Below, piece by piece: positions 10,323-20,471 of a stretch of 64,000 nt of DNA. The notes under the pieces are model-generated. The model had not been told where the DNA came from. It searched no databases and saw only the letters and a program-made list of their open reading frames with translations. Within the stretch, counting starts at the first letter, position 1. Each line of letters begins with the position of its first letter. The stretch lies in assembly GCA_963851265.1 (NCBI GenBank), contig CAWKNZ010000002.1, positions 800,001 to 864,000 of the forward strand, written 5' to 3'. Position numbers and translations under genes: made by a program. The DNA comes from an uncultured Gemmatimonadales bacterium (GTDB lineage Bacteria > Gemmatimonadota > Gemmatimonadetes > Gemmatimonadales > Gemmatimonadaceae).

Positions 10323-11720
10323 ATGCGTCGTCCGCTTCGCCTCTGTGCCGCTCTCGCGGCCGCTCTCGTCGCGCCCCTCGGGCGCGGCGTCGCCCAGTCT
10401 GCGCCGGTCGCTCCGACCGCCCACCCGACCGCGACCACCCCCGCCATTCACGCGGCCAATCCCGAGTCGGCGCCGGTCGTCGCGCCCGCCGACGTCGACC
10501 GCGTGGTCGCCGTCGTCGGCAACACGCCGATCCTCTATTCGGAACTGCTCGAAGAGGTCAACATGCGGCGCGCCGGCGGGCTGCAGATCCCGACCGACTC
10601 CGCGGGGCGCGAGAAACTCCTCCGCGACATCGTCAACGACATGGTCGGCGCCGAACTCCTCGTGCAGCGCGCGAAGGTCGAGAAGGTCGAGATCGACGAC
10701 GACCAGCTCAACAAGCAGGTCGACGACCAGATCAAGCAGATCCGCACCGGGTACCCGAGCGAGACCGAGTACCGCACCGCGCTGCGTGCGAACGGCCTCG
10801 GCACCCCGGACGAGTACCGCAAGCGGCTCTACGACACGCTCCGCCGCAACCGGATGCAGCAGGAGCTGCTCCAGAAGCTGCGCCGGGACGACAAGCTGGT
10901 CGGGTCGCCCGTGAGCGATCAGGAGCTCGACGAAGCGTACCAGTCCAACCTGGGGCACCTGCCCAAGCGGGAGGCGATGGTGAGCCTCAAGCAGATCGTC
11001 GTCGCGCCGCGGCCGACCGCCAAGGCGCGCGCCTCCGCGCGCGCGAAGGCCGAGTCGCTCGAGGTCGAGATCGCCAAGGGCGGTGACTTCGCGCAGATCG
11101 CGAAGCGCGAGTCGCAGGATCCGGGATCGGCCGCGCAGGGCGGGGACCTGGGCTGGAATCGCCGCGGCGCGATGCTGAAGGAGTTCGACGAGATGATGTT
11201 CGCCCTCCCCGTCGGACGCGTGAGCCCGATCGTCCAAACGGCGTACGGCTATCACATCATCAAGGTCGACCGCGCGCAGCCGTCCGAGGTGAAGGCGCGG
11301 CACATCCTGATCATCCCCAAGCTCGACACGGCGGACCAGACGCGCGCGCGAGTCGACGCCGATTCCGTGCGCGCGATGCTCGCGCGCGGCGTCGACTTCG
11401 ACTCGCTGGCGGCGCGCTACCACGATCCGCTCGAGAATCTCAACCTGCCGGACTTCAACCGCGCCGAACTGCCGGCCGCCTACGCCGCCGCCATCGGCGA
11501 CAAGGGCGCGGGCGCCCTCGTCGGACCGTTCCCCATCGACGACCCGCGAACCGGCCTCAAGAAGTACGTCGTGTTGCGCGTGGTGAACGCGGTCGCCGCG
11601 GGCGATTATCCGGTCTCGGAGGTCAAGGCGCGACTCCGCGAGACGGTTAGCGACGCCAAGACCTATCGCAAGCTCGTCGACACGTTGCGCAAGCAGACGT
11701 ATGTCTCGGTCCGCATCTGA
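10323..11720 (+). CDS. surA: SurA-like periplasmic chaperone / peptidyl-prolyl isomerase
   Basis: Signal peptide, DRVVAVVG SurA N-domain, SAAQGGDLGW, TAYGYHIIKV, ARHILI; directly upstream of pdxA as in the conserved surA-pdxA order. Confidence 0.8.
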   Translation: MRRPLRLCAALAAALVAPLGRGVAQSAPVAPTAHPTATTPAIHAANPESAPVVAPADVDRVVAVVGNTPILYSELLEEVNMRRAGGLQIPTDSAGREKLLRDIVNDMVGAELLVQRAKVEKVEIDDDQLNKQVDDQIKQIRTGYPSETEYRTALRANGLGTPDEYRKRLYDTLRRNRMQQELLQKLRRDDKLVGSPVSDQELDEAYQSNLGHLPKREAMVSLKQIVVAPRPTAKARASARAKAESLEVEIAKGGDFAQIAKRESQDPGSAAQGGDLGWNRRGAMLKEFDEMMFALPVGRVSPIVQTAYGYHIIKVDRAQPSEVKARHILIIPKLDTADQTRARVDADSVRAMLARGVDFDSLAARYHDPLENLNLPDFNRAELPAAYAAAIGDKGAGALVGPFPIDDPRTGLKKYVVLRVVNAVAAGDYPVSEVKARLRETVSDAKTYRKLVDTLRKQTYVSVRI

Positions 11721-11722
11721 CC

Positions 11723-12640
11723 GTGCTCCCGCGGCTCGCCGTCACCCTCGGTGACCCGCGTGGGATCGGGCCCGAGTTGATCGCGAAGGCGATCGCCGCG
11801 CGTGTCGTTCCGCGCGATCGCCTCGTGCTCGTCGGGCCGCAGGGCGCGGGTCTCGACGTCGACGTCGCGGTCGGCCCGTGGACGGCGGATGCCGGCGCGG
11901 CCGACGCGGGCCGCCTCGCGGGTCGTGCGGTCGATGCCGCCGTTGACCTCGCGCTGGCCGGTGACGTTGCCGGAATCGTGACCGCCCCGCTAGACAAGGC
12001 TGCACTGCACGCCGGCGGGTACGACGTTCCAGGGCATACCGAGCTCCTCGCGCGCCGCACCGGTCGTCACACGGCCATGATGCTCGCCGCGACCGCTCCG
12101 CGTGCCGGCGAGCGCGGCACGCTCCGCGTCGTGCTCGCGACCACCCACGTGCCGCTCCGCGACGTGCCGGCCCTGCTGACGGCCGAGGTCGTCGCGCGGA
12201 CCGCCGCCATCACGCGCGAGGGGCTGGCCGAAGGATTCGGAATCGCCGACGCGCGCATCGCGCTCTGCGCCCTCAACCCGCATGCCGGCGACGGCGGCCG
12301 GTTCGGACGTGAGGACGACGACCTGTTGCGGCCGCTCGCGCGCGATCTGGGCCTCGTTGGGCCACTCCCCGCCGATACCGTGTTCGTCCGCGCCCTCCGC
12401 GGCGAGTTTGACGCCGTGATCGCCCCGTATCACGACGTTGGCATGACCGCGATCAAGGTCGCCGCGTTCGGTCACGCCGTGAACGTCACGCTCGGTCTGC
12501 CATTCCCGCGGACGTCACCCGATCACGGTACCGCGCTCGACATCGCCGGTCGCGGCATCGCCGACCCGTCCAGCTTCTTCGAAGCCCTTCGCCTCTGTGA
12601 CGTGCTCGCTCAGCGCAGCGCGCCGGTGACCGTGTCATGA
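11723..12640 (+). CDS. pdxA: 4-hydroxythreonine-4-phosphate dehydrogenase
   Basis: TLGDPRGIGPE, VTAPLDK, PGHTE, TTHVPL, LNPHAG, GPLPADT, YHD, NVTLGLPFPRTSPDHGTA. Confidence 0.95.
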   Translation: MLPRLAVTLGDPRGIGPELIAKAIAARVVPRDRLVLVGPQGAGLDVDVAVGPWTADAGAADAGRLAGRAVDAAVDLALAGDVAGIVTAPLDKAALHAGGYDVPGHTELLARRTGRHTAMMLAATAPRAGERGTLRVVLATTHVPLRDVPALLTAEVVARTAAITREGLAEGFGIADARIALCALNPHAGDGGRFGREDDDLLRPLARDLGLVGPLPADTVFVRALRGEFDAVIAPYHDVGMTAIKVAAFGHAVNVTLGLPFPRTSPDHGTALDIAGRGIADPSSFFEALRLCDVLAQRSAPVTVS

Positions 12641-13683
12641 CCCGTCTCAAGACCGACCGCACCGACGCGCGCTGCGCGCAGCTGCGCCCCGCGCCGGCCC
12701 GTTCGCACGCCCACACGCACGACCATGCGCACGGCCACGACCACGCGCACGATCACGGGCATGACCACGCGCACGGCGGGCACGGTCACGGCGCCGGTCA
12801 CTCGCACCGCCACGGCGAGGGTGCGTCGACTCGTGCCCTGAAGATCGCGCTCGCGCTCACCGCGACGCTTCTCGTCGCCGAAGCCGTCGGCGGGTGGCTC
12901 GCGAACTCGCTCGCCCTGCTCGCCGACGCGGGGCACATGCTCACCGACGTTGGTGCACTCGGCCTCTCGCTCTTCGTCGCGTGGTTCACCCGCCAGCCGA
13001 GTACGTCGCAGAAGACCTACGGCTACCTGCGCTGGGAGATCCTCGCCGCGCTGATCAACGGCGCGACGCTCCTCGGCATTTCGGGCATCATCCTCTGGGA
13101 AGCGGTCGGGCGTCTGCGCACCCCCGAACCGGTCGCGGGCGGCGCGATGCTCGCCGTCGCCGTGCTCGGTCTCGTCGTCAACGTGATCGCCGCCTGGGTC
13201 CTCCACGGGAGCGCCGGCGAGAGCCTGAATCACCGCGGCGCGTACCTGCACGTGCTCGGCGACCTGCTCGCGAGCGTCGGCACGGTCGTCGCGGCGATCA
13301 TCATCCGGACGACCGGCTGGCTGCCCATCGATCCGATCGCGTCGATCGTGACGACGCTCCTCGTCGTACGGAGCGCCTGGCGGCTCGTCCGCGAATCGGT
13401 CGACGTGCTACTCGAAGCCGCGCCCGCCCATGTCGTGCCAGACGCCGTTCGCGAACGACTCGCGGCCGTTCCGGGCGTCGCGAGCGTGCACGACCTGCAC
13501 GTGTGGAGCGTGAACTCGGGCCTCGTCGCGATGAGCGCGCACGCGGTCGTCCCCGACCTCGCGCTGCACGACTCCGCCCTCCACGCGATCGACGGCGCGA
13601 TGCGCGAGATGGGCATCGGGCACGTCACGATTCAGCTCGAACGCACGGCCATCAAGCCGTGCGCTGAGGCGCTCACCGTGTAG
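12637..13683 (+). CDS. Cation diffusion facilitator (CzcD/ZitB-type Zn/Co/Cd exporter) with His-rich N-terminus
   Basis: NSLALLADAGHMLTD, TYGYLRWEILAALING, AYLHVLGD, VHDLHVW. Confidence 0.92.
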   Translation: MTRLKTDRTDARCAQLRPAPARSHAHTHDHAHGHDHAHDHGHDHAHGGHGHGAGHSHRHGEGASTRALKIALALTATLLVAEAVGGWLANSLALLADAGHMLTDVGALGLSLFVAWFTRQPSTSQKTYGYLRWEILAALINGATLLGISGIILWEAVGRLRTPEPVAGGAMLAVAVLGLVVNVIAAWVLHGSAGESLNHRGAYLHVLGDLLASVGTVVAAIIIRTTGWLPIDPIASIVTTLLVVRSAWRLVRESVDVLLEAAPAHVVPDAVRERLAAVPGVASVHDLHVWSVNSGLVAMSAHAVVPDLALHDSALHAIDGAMREMGIGHVTIQLERTAIKPCAEALTV

Positions 13684-13867
13684 CCGTTGCCGTTGCGCCT
13701 CCACGGCAGGCGCGACGGAAGCCGTACACGGAGGCGGTACGTCAAACCGGGCGCACGAGTGACGCCGCTGTGACGCCCCAGACGATGATGCGTCGCTTGG
13801 CTGCGTTCCGGCCCGCGCCGTCCGTCCGGACGCCAGCGCCCGCGAGCGCGCCCGTCCCCGCGCCGCC

Positions 13868-15352
13868 GTGCCCCAGATCGATCGCCTGCTCGCCGCCCTC
13901 GTCGCCAGCCGCGCCGACGCCCTCGAACTCGTCGACGGCCAGCCCGCGGCGTTCGTGACCGGCGCCGACCGTCGAGCGGCGACGCGCCAGCCCCTGACCG
14001 CGGCACAGATCCTCGGTATCGTCCGCGAAGTTGCACCGCCTGACGTCGCGGCAGCGCTCGGCGTTCAACAGCCGGGCGAGTTCCGGTACGTCGGCGACGA
14101 GGGCGCCTTCGCCGTGCGCGTCACGCGCTTCGGCGAGCGGTGGGGCGCGACCGTCGCGCCGACGACTGAATCCGCGCCCGCTGAATCCGCGCCCGCACCC
14201 GCCGCGACCGCACGCGTCGTGTCGAGCCCGGGGGCGGCGAGCACTCCTCGGTCGGACGACGCGAGGGCGGCGATCGATCGACTGCTGCGCGCCCTCGTGG
14301 CGGCGAAGGGCTCGGACCTGCACCTCCGCGTCGGCGAGCCGCCGGTCATCCGCACGTCGGGCGAACTCCAGCGCCTCGACGAGGCGCCGATCGGCGCCGA
14401 CGCGCTCGAAGCCATGCTGCTGGCCGTCATGGCAGATCGCGATCGCGTCCAGTACTCCGCGACGGGTGACGCGGATTACGCCTACGAGATCGACGGCGTC
14501 GCCCGGTTCCGCGCGAACGCGTTGCGCGACCGCCACGGGCCTGCGGGTGTCTTTCGCGTCATCCCCGCGACCGTCGTCAGCGTCGAGGAGATGGGCCTCT
14601 CGCCGGAGGTTCAGCAGCTCTGCCAGTTGACGAAAGGTCTCGTCCTCGTCACCGGGCCGACGGGGTCGGGCAAGTCGACCACGCTCTGCGCGATGGTCGA
14701 CCTTGTCAACCGGTCGCGCGCCGATCACATCCTGACCATCGAAGACCCGATCGAGTTCGTGCACCCCAACAAGCGGTGCCTCGTGACGCAGCGGCAGGTC
14801 GGGGTGCACACCCAGTCGTTCAAGAGCGCGCTGCGCGCCGCGTTGCGCGAGGATCCCGACGTCATCCTCGTCGGTGAGCTCCGCGACCTCGAGACGATCT
14901 CGATCGCCATCGAAACGGCTGAAACCGGTCACCTCGTGTTCGGAACCCTGCACACGACGACCGCCGCCGGCACGGTCGACCGGATCATCGACCAGTTTCC
15001 GGCCGACCGTCAGGCGCAAATTCGTGTCATGTTGAGCGAATCGCTCAAGGGCGTCATCTCGCAGACGCTCTGCCGGCGTACCGGCGGCGGACGGGCCGCC
15101 GCGCGCGAGGTTCTGCTCGCCACTCCCGCGATCTCGAACCTGATCCGCGAAGGAAAGACGTTTCAGATCCCGTCCATCATGCAGACGTCGAAGAAGATCG
15201 GCATGGTGACGCTGAACGACGCCCTGCTCGAATTGATCGACGCCCGCAGCGTCGAGCCCAGGGAGGCCTGGACGAAGGCGGTCGACAAGACGGCCTTCGT
15301 CCAAGCGCTCCGAACGCGCGGCCTCGACGTCTCGTTCGCAGAGGCGCGCTGA
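13868..15352 (+). CDS. pilT: Type IV pilus retraction ATPase (PilT family) with an extra N-terminal domain
   Basis: SDLHL, GPTGSGKST, TIEDPIE, ALREDPDVILVGELRD, ETGHLVFGTLHT, NLIRE. Confidence 0.88.
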   Translation: MPQIDRLLAALVASRADALELVDGQPAAFVTGADRRAATRQPLTAAQILGIVREVAPPDVAAALGVQQPGEFRYVGDEGAFAVRVTRFGERWGATVAPTTESAPAESAPAPAATARVVSSPGAASTPRSDDARAAIDRLLRALVAAKGSDLHLRVGEPPVIRTSGELQRLDEAPIGADALEAMLLAVMADRDRVQYSATGDADYAYEIDGVARFRANALRDRHGPAGVFRVIPATVVSVEEMGLSPEVQQLCQLTKGLVLVTGPTGSGKSTTLCAMVDLVNRSRADHILTIEDPIEFVHPNKRCLVTQRQVGVHTQSFKSALRAALREDPDVILVGELRDLETISIAIETAETGHLVFGTLHTTTAAGTVDRIIDQFPADRQAQIRVMLSESLKGVISQTLCRRTGGGRAAAREVLLATPAISNLIREGKTFQIPSIMQTSKKIGMVTLNDALLELIDARSVEPREAWTKAVDKTAFVQALRTRGLDVSFAEAR

Positions 15353-15380
15353 TTTCGGAGCGGGTCGGGCCCCCGCCCGC

Positions 15381-15590
15381 TCAGCTCAGCCGGTCGCCCG
15401 TGTCGGACGTTCCACTCGCGGCGTCGTACTCACCCCGTCGGCGCTCGTAATCCGCACGCTCACTGTAGCCGTACCCGCCGAATACTTCCCCGCCTCGCAT
15501 GTAGTCGTGACCGTACCCCCGACCGTGCGGGTACGAGGCCGACTGCGCGTTCTGACGTCCGGAATCGTCTGCGGGCTGCTGCTGCTGCAT
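15381..15590 (-). CDS. Small hydrophilic Gly/Tyr/Arg-rich hypothetical protein (69 aa)
   Basis: [11 protein letters not shown]...[37 protein letters not shown] upstream of ATG 15590. Confidence 0.55.
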   Translation of the reverse strand: MQQQQPADDSGRQNAQSASYPHGRGYGHDYMRGGEVFGGYGYSERADYERRRGEYDAASGTSDTGDRLS

Positions 15591-15822
15591 TGGCAGATCC
15601 TCGGTTGAACGGTGGGCGAGTGGTCGCCGGTCCGGCGACCACGGCGCGGGTGGAATAAGACTGCGCAGCAGTCCGCGTGCCGCAAGAGCCGCCGGCGGGC
15701 GGAGAGGGCATGCGCTCCGCGCGGACGCGGCCGCCGCGCTCTGGCCGACTCGACCTAAGTGACAGTCGCGTCGTGACTTCCGCGTCCGCTGCCCCTTCCA
15801 GGGCCGAGTAGATTTCTCGGCT

Positions 15823-17658
15823 ATGCAGATTCGTAACATCGCCATCATCGCGCACGTCGACCACGGCAAGACGACACTCGTCGACAAGATGCTCCGCCAG
15901 GGCGGCGCGTTCCGTGAGAATCAGGTCGTGCAGGAGCGCGTGATGGACTCGAACCCGCTCGAGCGCGAGCGCGGCATCACGATCCTCGCCAAGAATACGA
16001 GTGTCCACTGGAAGGACACGAAGATCAACATCGTCGACACCCCCGGCCACGCCGACTTCGGCGGCGAGGTCGAGCGCATCCTGCGCATGGTCGACGGCGT
16101 GCTGCTCGTCGTCGACGCGTTCGACGGGCCGATGCCGCAGACCCGCTTCGTGCTCGGCAAGGCGCTCGCGTTAGGCCGCACGCCGATCGTGGTCATCAAC
16201 AAGATCGACCGCCCGGGCGCGGACCCGCTCCGCGTGCACGACGAGGTCCTCTCGCTCTTCATCGAGCTCGAAGCCGACGAGGCCCAGCTCGAAGCGCCGG
16301 TCGTCTACGCGTCGGCCAAGGACGGCGTCGCGACGATGGACCTCGACACGCCGGCCGTCGATCTCGCGCCGCTCTTCGACACGATCGTCGGCACCGTGCC
16401 GCCGGCACCGAGTGATACGGATGCGCCGTTTCAGATGCTCGTGTCGACCATCGACTACTCGCCCTACCTCGGGCGTCTGGCCATCGGACGCATCGAGCGC
16501 GGCACCGCGCGGCTCGGCGACTCGGTCGCGCTCATCCCGCTCGAGCCGACACGCGCGCCCGAGCGCGCGCGCGTGACCAAGCTCTACCGCTTCGAAGGGC
16601 TTGAGCGCGTCGAGGTCGAGACCGCACCCGCGGGCGAGGTCGTCGCGATCGCGGGCATGGAGGGCGTCGAGATCGGCTCCACGCTCACCGACCCCGAGCA
16701 TCAGGAGCGTCTGGCCGGCATCTCGGTCGAAGAGCCGACGATTTCGGTCGACTTCCTCGTGAACAACTCGCCCTTCGCTGGCAAGGAGGGCAAGTACGTC
16801 ACGTCGCGCCAGGTGCGTGACCGCCTCTACAAGGAGCTGGAGCGGAACGTCGCGCTCCGCGTCGAGGACACAGATTCGACCGACGCCTGGCAGGTGGCCG
16901 GCCGCGGCGAGCTGCACCTTTCCATTCTGATGGAGACGATGCGCCGCGAGGGCTACGAGTTCCAGGTCTCGCGGCCGCGCGTCATCACGCGCACCGGCGT
17001 GAACGGCGAACGGCTGGAGCCGTACGAAGAGCTCGCCATCGACGTGCCCGAGGACTACCTCGGCGCGGTGATGGAGAAGCTCGGGCAGCGCCGCGCCGAG
17101 TTGATCGAGATGAAGAACCCCGGTCAGGGGCTCGTGCGCTTGATGTACCGCATCCCCGCGCGCGGTCTGTTCGGCTACCGCTCGGAGTTTCTCACCGACA
17201 CGCGCGGGACGGGAATCATGCACCACAACTTCCTCGAGTACGGGCCGTGGGCCGGCCCGCTCGCCGGGCGGAGCCGCGGCGTGCTCATCTCGATGGAAGC
17301 GGGGAGCATCGTCGGGTTCGCGCTGATGAACCTGCAGGAGCGTTCCACACTCTTTGTGTCGCCCGGCGACGCAGTGTACGAGGGCATGGTCGTCGGCGAG
17401 AACTCGCGTCCGGGCGATATGGACGTCAACCCGACGAAAGAAAAGAAGCTCTCGAACATCCGTACGAAATCGAGCGACGAAAACGTCTCGCTCGAGCCTC
17501 CGCGCGTGTTGACCCTGGAATCGGCACTCGAGTATATCGAGGACGACGAGTTGATCGAGGTCACGCCGCAGAGCATCCGCTTACGGAAGCGCATGCTGGC
17601 GGCGAGCGACCGCAAGCGTGTCACGCGCGACGCCAAACGCGAGCGCGCGGCGGTCTGA
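15823..17658 (+). CDS. typA: Translational GTPase TypA/BipA
   Basis: [70 protein letters not shown]. Confidence 0.97.
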   Translation: MQIRNIAIIAHVDHGKTTLVDKMLRQGGAFRENQVVQERVMDSNPLERERGITILAKNTSVHWKDTKINIVDTPGHADFGGEVERILRMVDGVLLVVDAFDGPMPQTRFVLGKALALGRTPIVVINKIDRPGADPLRVHDEVLSLFIELEADEAQLEAPVVYASAKDGVATMDLDTPAVDLAPLFDTIVGTVPPAPSDTDAPFQMLVSTIDYSPYLGRLAIGRIERGTARLGDSVALIPLEPTRAPERARVTKLYRFEGLERVEVETAPAGEVVAIAGMEGVEIGSTLTDPEHQERLAGISVEEPTISVDFLVNNSPFAGKEGKYVTSRQVRDRLYKELERNVALRVEDTDSTDAWQVAGRGELHLSILMETMRREGYEFQVSRPRVITRTGVNGERLEPYEELAIDVPEDYLGAVMEKLGQRRAELIEMKNPGQGLVRLMYRIPARGLFGYRSEFLTDTRGTGIMHHNFLEYGPWAGPLAGRSRGVLISMEAGSIVGFALMNLQERSTLFVSPGDAVYEGMVVGENSRPGDMDVNPTKEKKLSNIRTKSSDENVSLEPPRVLTLESALEYIEDDELIEVTPQSIRLRKRMLAASDRKRVTRDAKRERAAV

Positions 17659-17911
17659 GCCTCGTCGTGTTCGCGCCCTGGCGCGCGAGCGTGTCTCGAC
17701 TCTCGCACCATTCCCGTATTTCTTGTGCGCGCGGTCTGGATGGCGCGTTGTTGGCATCCGTAGTGCGCGAGTCCCGTTCGTCCGCATCGGACTCGCGCGA
17801 CCGGTTGAGCGTGCCGCAGGGGCACGCCGCCCGGAGCCGCGGCCTCGCCCGACATCCGTCGACGGCGTCGGTTGGCGGCACGACCACGAACTAGCAAGGA
17901 GAACTCTTGAT

Positions 17912-18211
17912 ATGTCGGATCTCTACGAGCCGACGTGGCAGGCGGGCCTGGCGGATGAGGCGCGGCACTCCATCTCTGCGCGGCGCGGCACGCCGGACGA
18001 CGCGGACCCGGAAGACGAGGGCGCGCTCGACGAAATCGGCGAGGATCTCGACGATGAGTTCGACGACGTTGACGACCTCGAGGATGAGGACGACGAGGAC
18101 GACGACGACGAGGACGACGACGAGGACGACGACCTCGAGGACGAGGACGACGACCTCGACGAAGAAGACCTCGATGCCGACGAGGACAGTTACGACGAGG
18201 ACGAGGCGTAA
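17912..18211 (+). CDS. Hyper-acidic small protein (99 aa, about 57 Asp/Glu)
   Basis: Strong SD AAGGAG at 17896-17901, ATG 17912, TAA 18209-18211; GAC/GAG codon tract. Confidence 0.75.
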   Translation: MSDLYEPTWQAGLADEARHSISARRGTPDDADPEDEGALDEIGEDLDDEFDDVDDLEDEDDEDDDDEDDDEDDDLEDEDDDLDEEDLDADEDSYDEDEA

Positions 18212-18374
18212 GCTCGATAGCTGTACGCGACAGATGTAGGTGACGGCGGTAGGCGACGCCTGGCGTCCCCGTGTGGGCCGGGGGATCGCGCGGAACCCGC
18301 CGCATGCGATGGCGTATTAGAATCAGACGCGCTGGCCGTTGAACTGTGCCGATCCGTTCTCGGTTGGTCGCGCG

Positions 18375-18424
18375 AAAAAAAGTTCGGTCGGGCCACTTGC
18401 GCCGGCATTTCGAAACGGTATACT
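18375..18424 (+). promoter_or_regulatory. sigma70-type rRNA promoter with A-tract (UP-like)
   Basis: A7 tract 18375-18381; -35 TTGCGC 18397-18402; 16-nt spacer; -10 TATACT 18419-18424. Confidence 0.7.
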
Positions 18425-18641
18425 TGTCCTTCCCCGGCAGCGCAAACACAGCGCATGTCGAACGGGACGGAGCAAAACGTTGTTTGACAATCGAGAGATC
18501 GAGGTCGTGCGATGGCCCTCAATGATCCGGCGCGCTGGTTCGCGTCGGGGAGAGGTCAAGACCACGAAGAACATGATTCCGGACGCAATCTCATTTGCGT
18601 CTACGTGAATGGGATGGCGTTTGGGAATGAGCAGACATTCT

Positions 18642-20174
<1,533 letters not shown>

Positions 20175-20262
20175 CCGGAGCGTCGAGTACGCTGCCCACC
20201 CGGGCAGACGAAAGACCTCAATTGGTAGTCGCGCCACGCACGACCTCCTCTCGATCGTCAAT

Positions 20263-20300
20263 CAGCCCCTGGACGCTTCATCGCGTCCAGGGGCTGTTTT
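20263..20300 (+). terminator. Intrinsic terminator closing the 16S transcript
   Basis: CAGCCCCTGGACGC-TTCATC-GCGTCCAGGGGCTG-TTTT: perfect 14-bp stem plus U-tract. Confidence 0.85.
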
Positions 20301-20471
20301 GCGTTCGCGCGTTTCTCTCATCACTTCGCTGCGCATCGGCCGTCTACGCTGACCACGCGCGCCCGCGCGCCGAGTCTCCTGCGGCGTGAACTCGCTCCGT
20401 GCTCGCTGCGCGTCGTCTTCCACAGCGCAGTATGCATACAGTCCCGCGCGCAGGCTTGGCGCAGGCTCGAC

